From the NCBI RefSeq assembly GCF_009834535.1, contig NC_045696.1, positions 23,872,001 to 23,936,000 on the forward strand: 64,000 nt of DNA, read 5' to 3'. Every line of letters begins with the position of its first letter. The stretch's first letter is position 1. The translations under genes were made by a program, and so were the position numbers. Shown here piece after piece: positions 61,261-64,000 of the stretch. The notes under the pieces were generated by a model. It saw only the letters and a program-made list of their open reading frames with translations, had not been told where the DNA came from and did not search any database. Origin of the DNA: Camelus ferus. Taxonomy: Eukaryota.

Positions 61261-61819
61261 TATATTTAGAATTTAAATGACATTTTCTTTGAGATATGAT
61301 ACGTGATTAAATTTGGTAGAATTTCTATAAATGTTGGAAAAGAAAGCTCAGTTTTTAAAGTAGAAATGTCAATATGTCTATGAACAAGTGCTTAGTAATT
61401 CTGCTAGTCAAATTATCCTTGTCAGTCTCTTTGTATTTGAATTGATGAAATTTACTAGTCTTTTTTAATGTTTCCCAATGGAAAAAAAAAAATCTATTTC
61501 TCTAAATTTCTCCTTGTTTTTTAAATAGATTTTGCTCTACAAATTTGATCTACATTTTTGGCAAATAGGGCAAATAGTAATTTCTCTCCAGTGTAGTTTC
61601 ATTGTGTACTGTTATTATTGTCAAGGTAATTAGATGATTCACATTTTCCCCAAATTAAAGTTACCTTACTGTTTTATTTTTTGTTTCAACAAAAAATTTT
61701 GTTCCTTTTTAGTACAAGTTGTCCTTTCACTTTTTATTTTAAGTATATTTCTTCTAAGAAGATTCATTTTTGTGGCTATAGTATAATTTTACTAAACATT
61801 TTCAAATTTAATAGCGATC

Positions 61820-62770
61820 ACTAAATCTTTCTCCTAAAGTGGATTTAGTAATTTATAATCCTACCAGCAGCCAAAGAGAGTTTCAAGTGAATCATATTTT
61901 TATAAAAGTCTGTAGTTTTTGTCCACCTGATGGCTGTAGAATGGATTCTCATTGTGAATTTTCTTTTTTTATGTCTTTTTTATATTTTCTTGGGAATGAC
62001 ATCTTCCATTTCTGCAAACTGCTTGTTTACGTATTTGCTTGTATTTGCCTTATTAATTATAGGAATTCTTTAAATATTCATGATGTTAATCCTCTGTTGA
62101 ATATATCCATTAGGAGTATTTTCTGTTTGCTTTTGCTTTCCATTTTAATTTTTAAATCATATTTTATAATCAACCAAAGTACACTTTAATGTATGTATAG
62201 TATCAATCTTTTCTTTCATGATTTGTGCTTGTTTGTAGCTTGTTTAAAAAATCCCTTTCTAAAGTTCTTAAAGATAACCTCCAATATTTTCTTGTGAGAT
62301 TTTACAGTACTTCTTTTTGGTTTTAAGTTTTAATTTATTTGGAATTGGTTTTTTTGCATGGTGTGGGGGTCGGCATAAAATTTAATGTTTTTCTGTAAGA
62401 ATAACCAGTTTTTCTCAGCACTATATTTAGTAGTCCATGCTTTCCCTGCTCAGCCACACAGATTCTAGTTGCCTAATTCTCCCCAAGTTCTGATCCATGT
62501 TTCTTCCATTCAAGGAAACCACTGTGTTCTGCAATGTGTCCCCCTTTCATGCACCGCAGCCCAGAAAGGGCCTCCAAGAAGAAATGTGGGGAAATTATAG
62601 GGCTCATCTCATTTGTTTCCCTTCTTTCAGAGACCACAGTCTTGCAATATATCTATTTTTTGTCCAAAGTCTAAATACAATTGTTTCATATTTTTTCTAC
62701 CCTTAATTCTTTATATCAAAAGGGCTGGTTCTGTACTAGTTAATCCATCCTGGCTAGAAGCAGAGCTCTG
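61820..62770 (-). mobile_element. Further old L1M fragments
   Basis: 'cctaccagcagccaaagagagtt', 'ataaccagttttctcagcacta', 'tagggctcatctcatttgtttcccttctttcagagaccacagtc...gttaatccatcctggctagaagcag'. Confidence 0.7.
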
Positions 62771-63375
62771 CATAGCACTTTACTCTTCAAAGAAATAGAG
62801 ATGATCATGGTTAGGAAAAAAGTCTCAAAAATCAGCAATAGAATAACCCTCCCTGCCCCCATAGGATATGAATTTCCCTTTCTAAATACCCAATAAATGT
62901 CTGTTTAGACTACACTTGATTATCTCCCGTAATGATGAGGCCACTATCTCCAAGGAAATGACATCTCAGGCTGGTAAGAAAGTCTCCTTTAGAACGAGCA
63001 GAACTCTGTCTCCTGGTAACTTTTGCACCATCTGTTTTAGCGCTCAGGTCCACAGTAGAAGGTCTACTCTCTTTTCCACTACACGATCCTACAAATAGTT
63101 GAAGACAGCATCGTGTTCCCACAAACCAGCTCTTCTGCAGAATAAGCATGTCCGGTTTCTCTGATGTACTCCACAGTACCGAGCAAGTCAGGTGGAAGCT
63201 GCTTTATTCTCCTCCCTGCCTTTAAGTATATGCCCCAACGCTTTTGAAATCTCAGAAGAAAATTGCCTTTAAAGCCCTCCTGTGCTTTTACCTTGGATTG
63301 GATATCCCTAATTTGATCAAAAGATCTCTCAGCTTTTGTAAACTGTGTTTGTACCTGGCATCTTTCAGAATATTC

Positions 63376-63841
63376 TGTTACCTAACCAAACTTGGGTCCT
63401 CTTAACCTTGGGCAGTAAAGCCAACCTACTGACACCAGGTTGTGGTGAAGGAAAGTGCAGTGTTTTATTGCAGAGCACCAAGCAAGCAGTCCAGGGCAGC
63501 TAGAGCTCAAAACACCTGAATTCCCCAATGAGTTTCAGGAAAGCATTTTTAAAGGCCTGGAGAAGGAGCGGAGTTTCAGGGAGTGTGATCAGCTGGTGCA
63601 CAATTCTCTGGCTGATTGATGGTTAAGTTAATAAGGCTTCATGGGCAAGTAGGCCTGTGGGCTACGTGCTCATGGTCATCAAGTGAAGTCTTCCATTTGG
63701 TGCGGGTTTTAACATCTATAAAACAGCTCAGGAAATGCGCAACAGATACTAGTATCAGGTACTTCAGAGAGGAGCCACAGCAGAGGACATGGGGGAAGGA
63801 GTTTGTCCAAGGAAGGTCCCATGGGATCCTGCTTGGTTACA
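63376..63841 (-). mobile_element. ERV1-type solo LTR (ungulate/camelid lineage)
   Basis: Minus strand begins TGTAACC and ends GGTAACA; minus-strand AATAAA at 63463-63468; probable 4-bp TSD attc (63372-63375) / atcc (63842-63845); 466 bp. Confidence 0.8.
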
Positions 63842-64000
63842 ATCCCAGGACTAGTGAAAAGAGCCTTTTCATAGCTGTGCAGCCCAGAAAACATCCCTCC
63901 TAACCATGTTTTCAAATAAAGCCACAGGACAAGTAGATAATGGCTTCACTAATTGGAAAATGGGAAGCAGAAGACAGGGAGGAAAGCATAATTTTATTGA

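Noticed and set aside
1415..63915. All ORFs in the six-frame track as protein-coding genes
   Set aside because: All are 137 aa or shorter, many use non-ATG starts, none resembles a protein family other than L1 ORF1/ORF2 debris, and many overlap microsatellites or repeats

Overview
Mammalian non-coding genomic DNA, AT-rich and CpG-poor, with no protein-coding gene, RNA gene or CRISPR array that I can support. Copies of the camelid tRNA-derived SINE (Vic-1 type; 29275-29438, 54775-54903 and a tail-only copy at 12113-12246) suggest camel, alpaca or llama. The listed ORFs are either chance ORFs or decayed LINE-1/HAL1 fragments. A large part of the window is ancient interspersed repeats: L1MB/L1ME, HAL1, L2, MIR, MaLR LTRs (MLT1), ERVL LTRs (MLT2, LTR33), an ERV1-type solo LTR and a MER53 MITE, several with intact target-site duplications (TSDs). 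A repeat-poor block at ~15.3-30.3 kb carries dense developmental transcription-factor motifs. These include a PBX-HOX9/10 + MEIS site, a cluster of TGACAT motifs and nuclear-receptor DR1/DR4 elements bracketed by an unexplained 39-bp direct repeat, a DR2 RARE, a paired octamer and a CpG-enriched patch with possible minus-strand lncRNA exons. This reads as an intron or gene desert with putative enhancers; I cannot identify the host or neighbouring gene. Repeat subfamily names are from recalled consensus sequences and most repeat boundaries are approximate. I found no convincing novel biological system; the best leads are regulatory.
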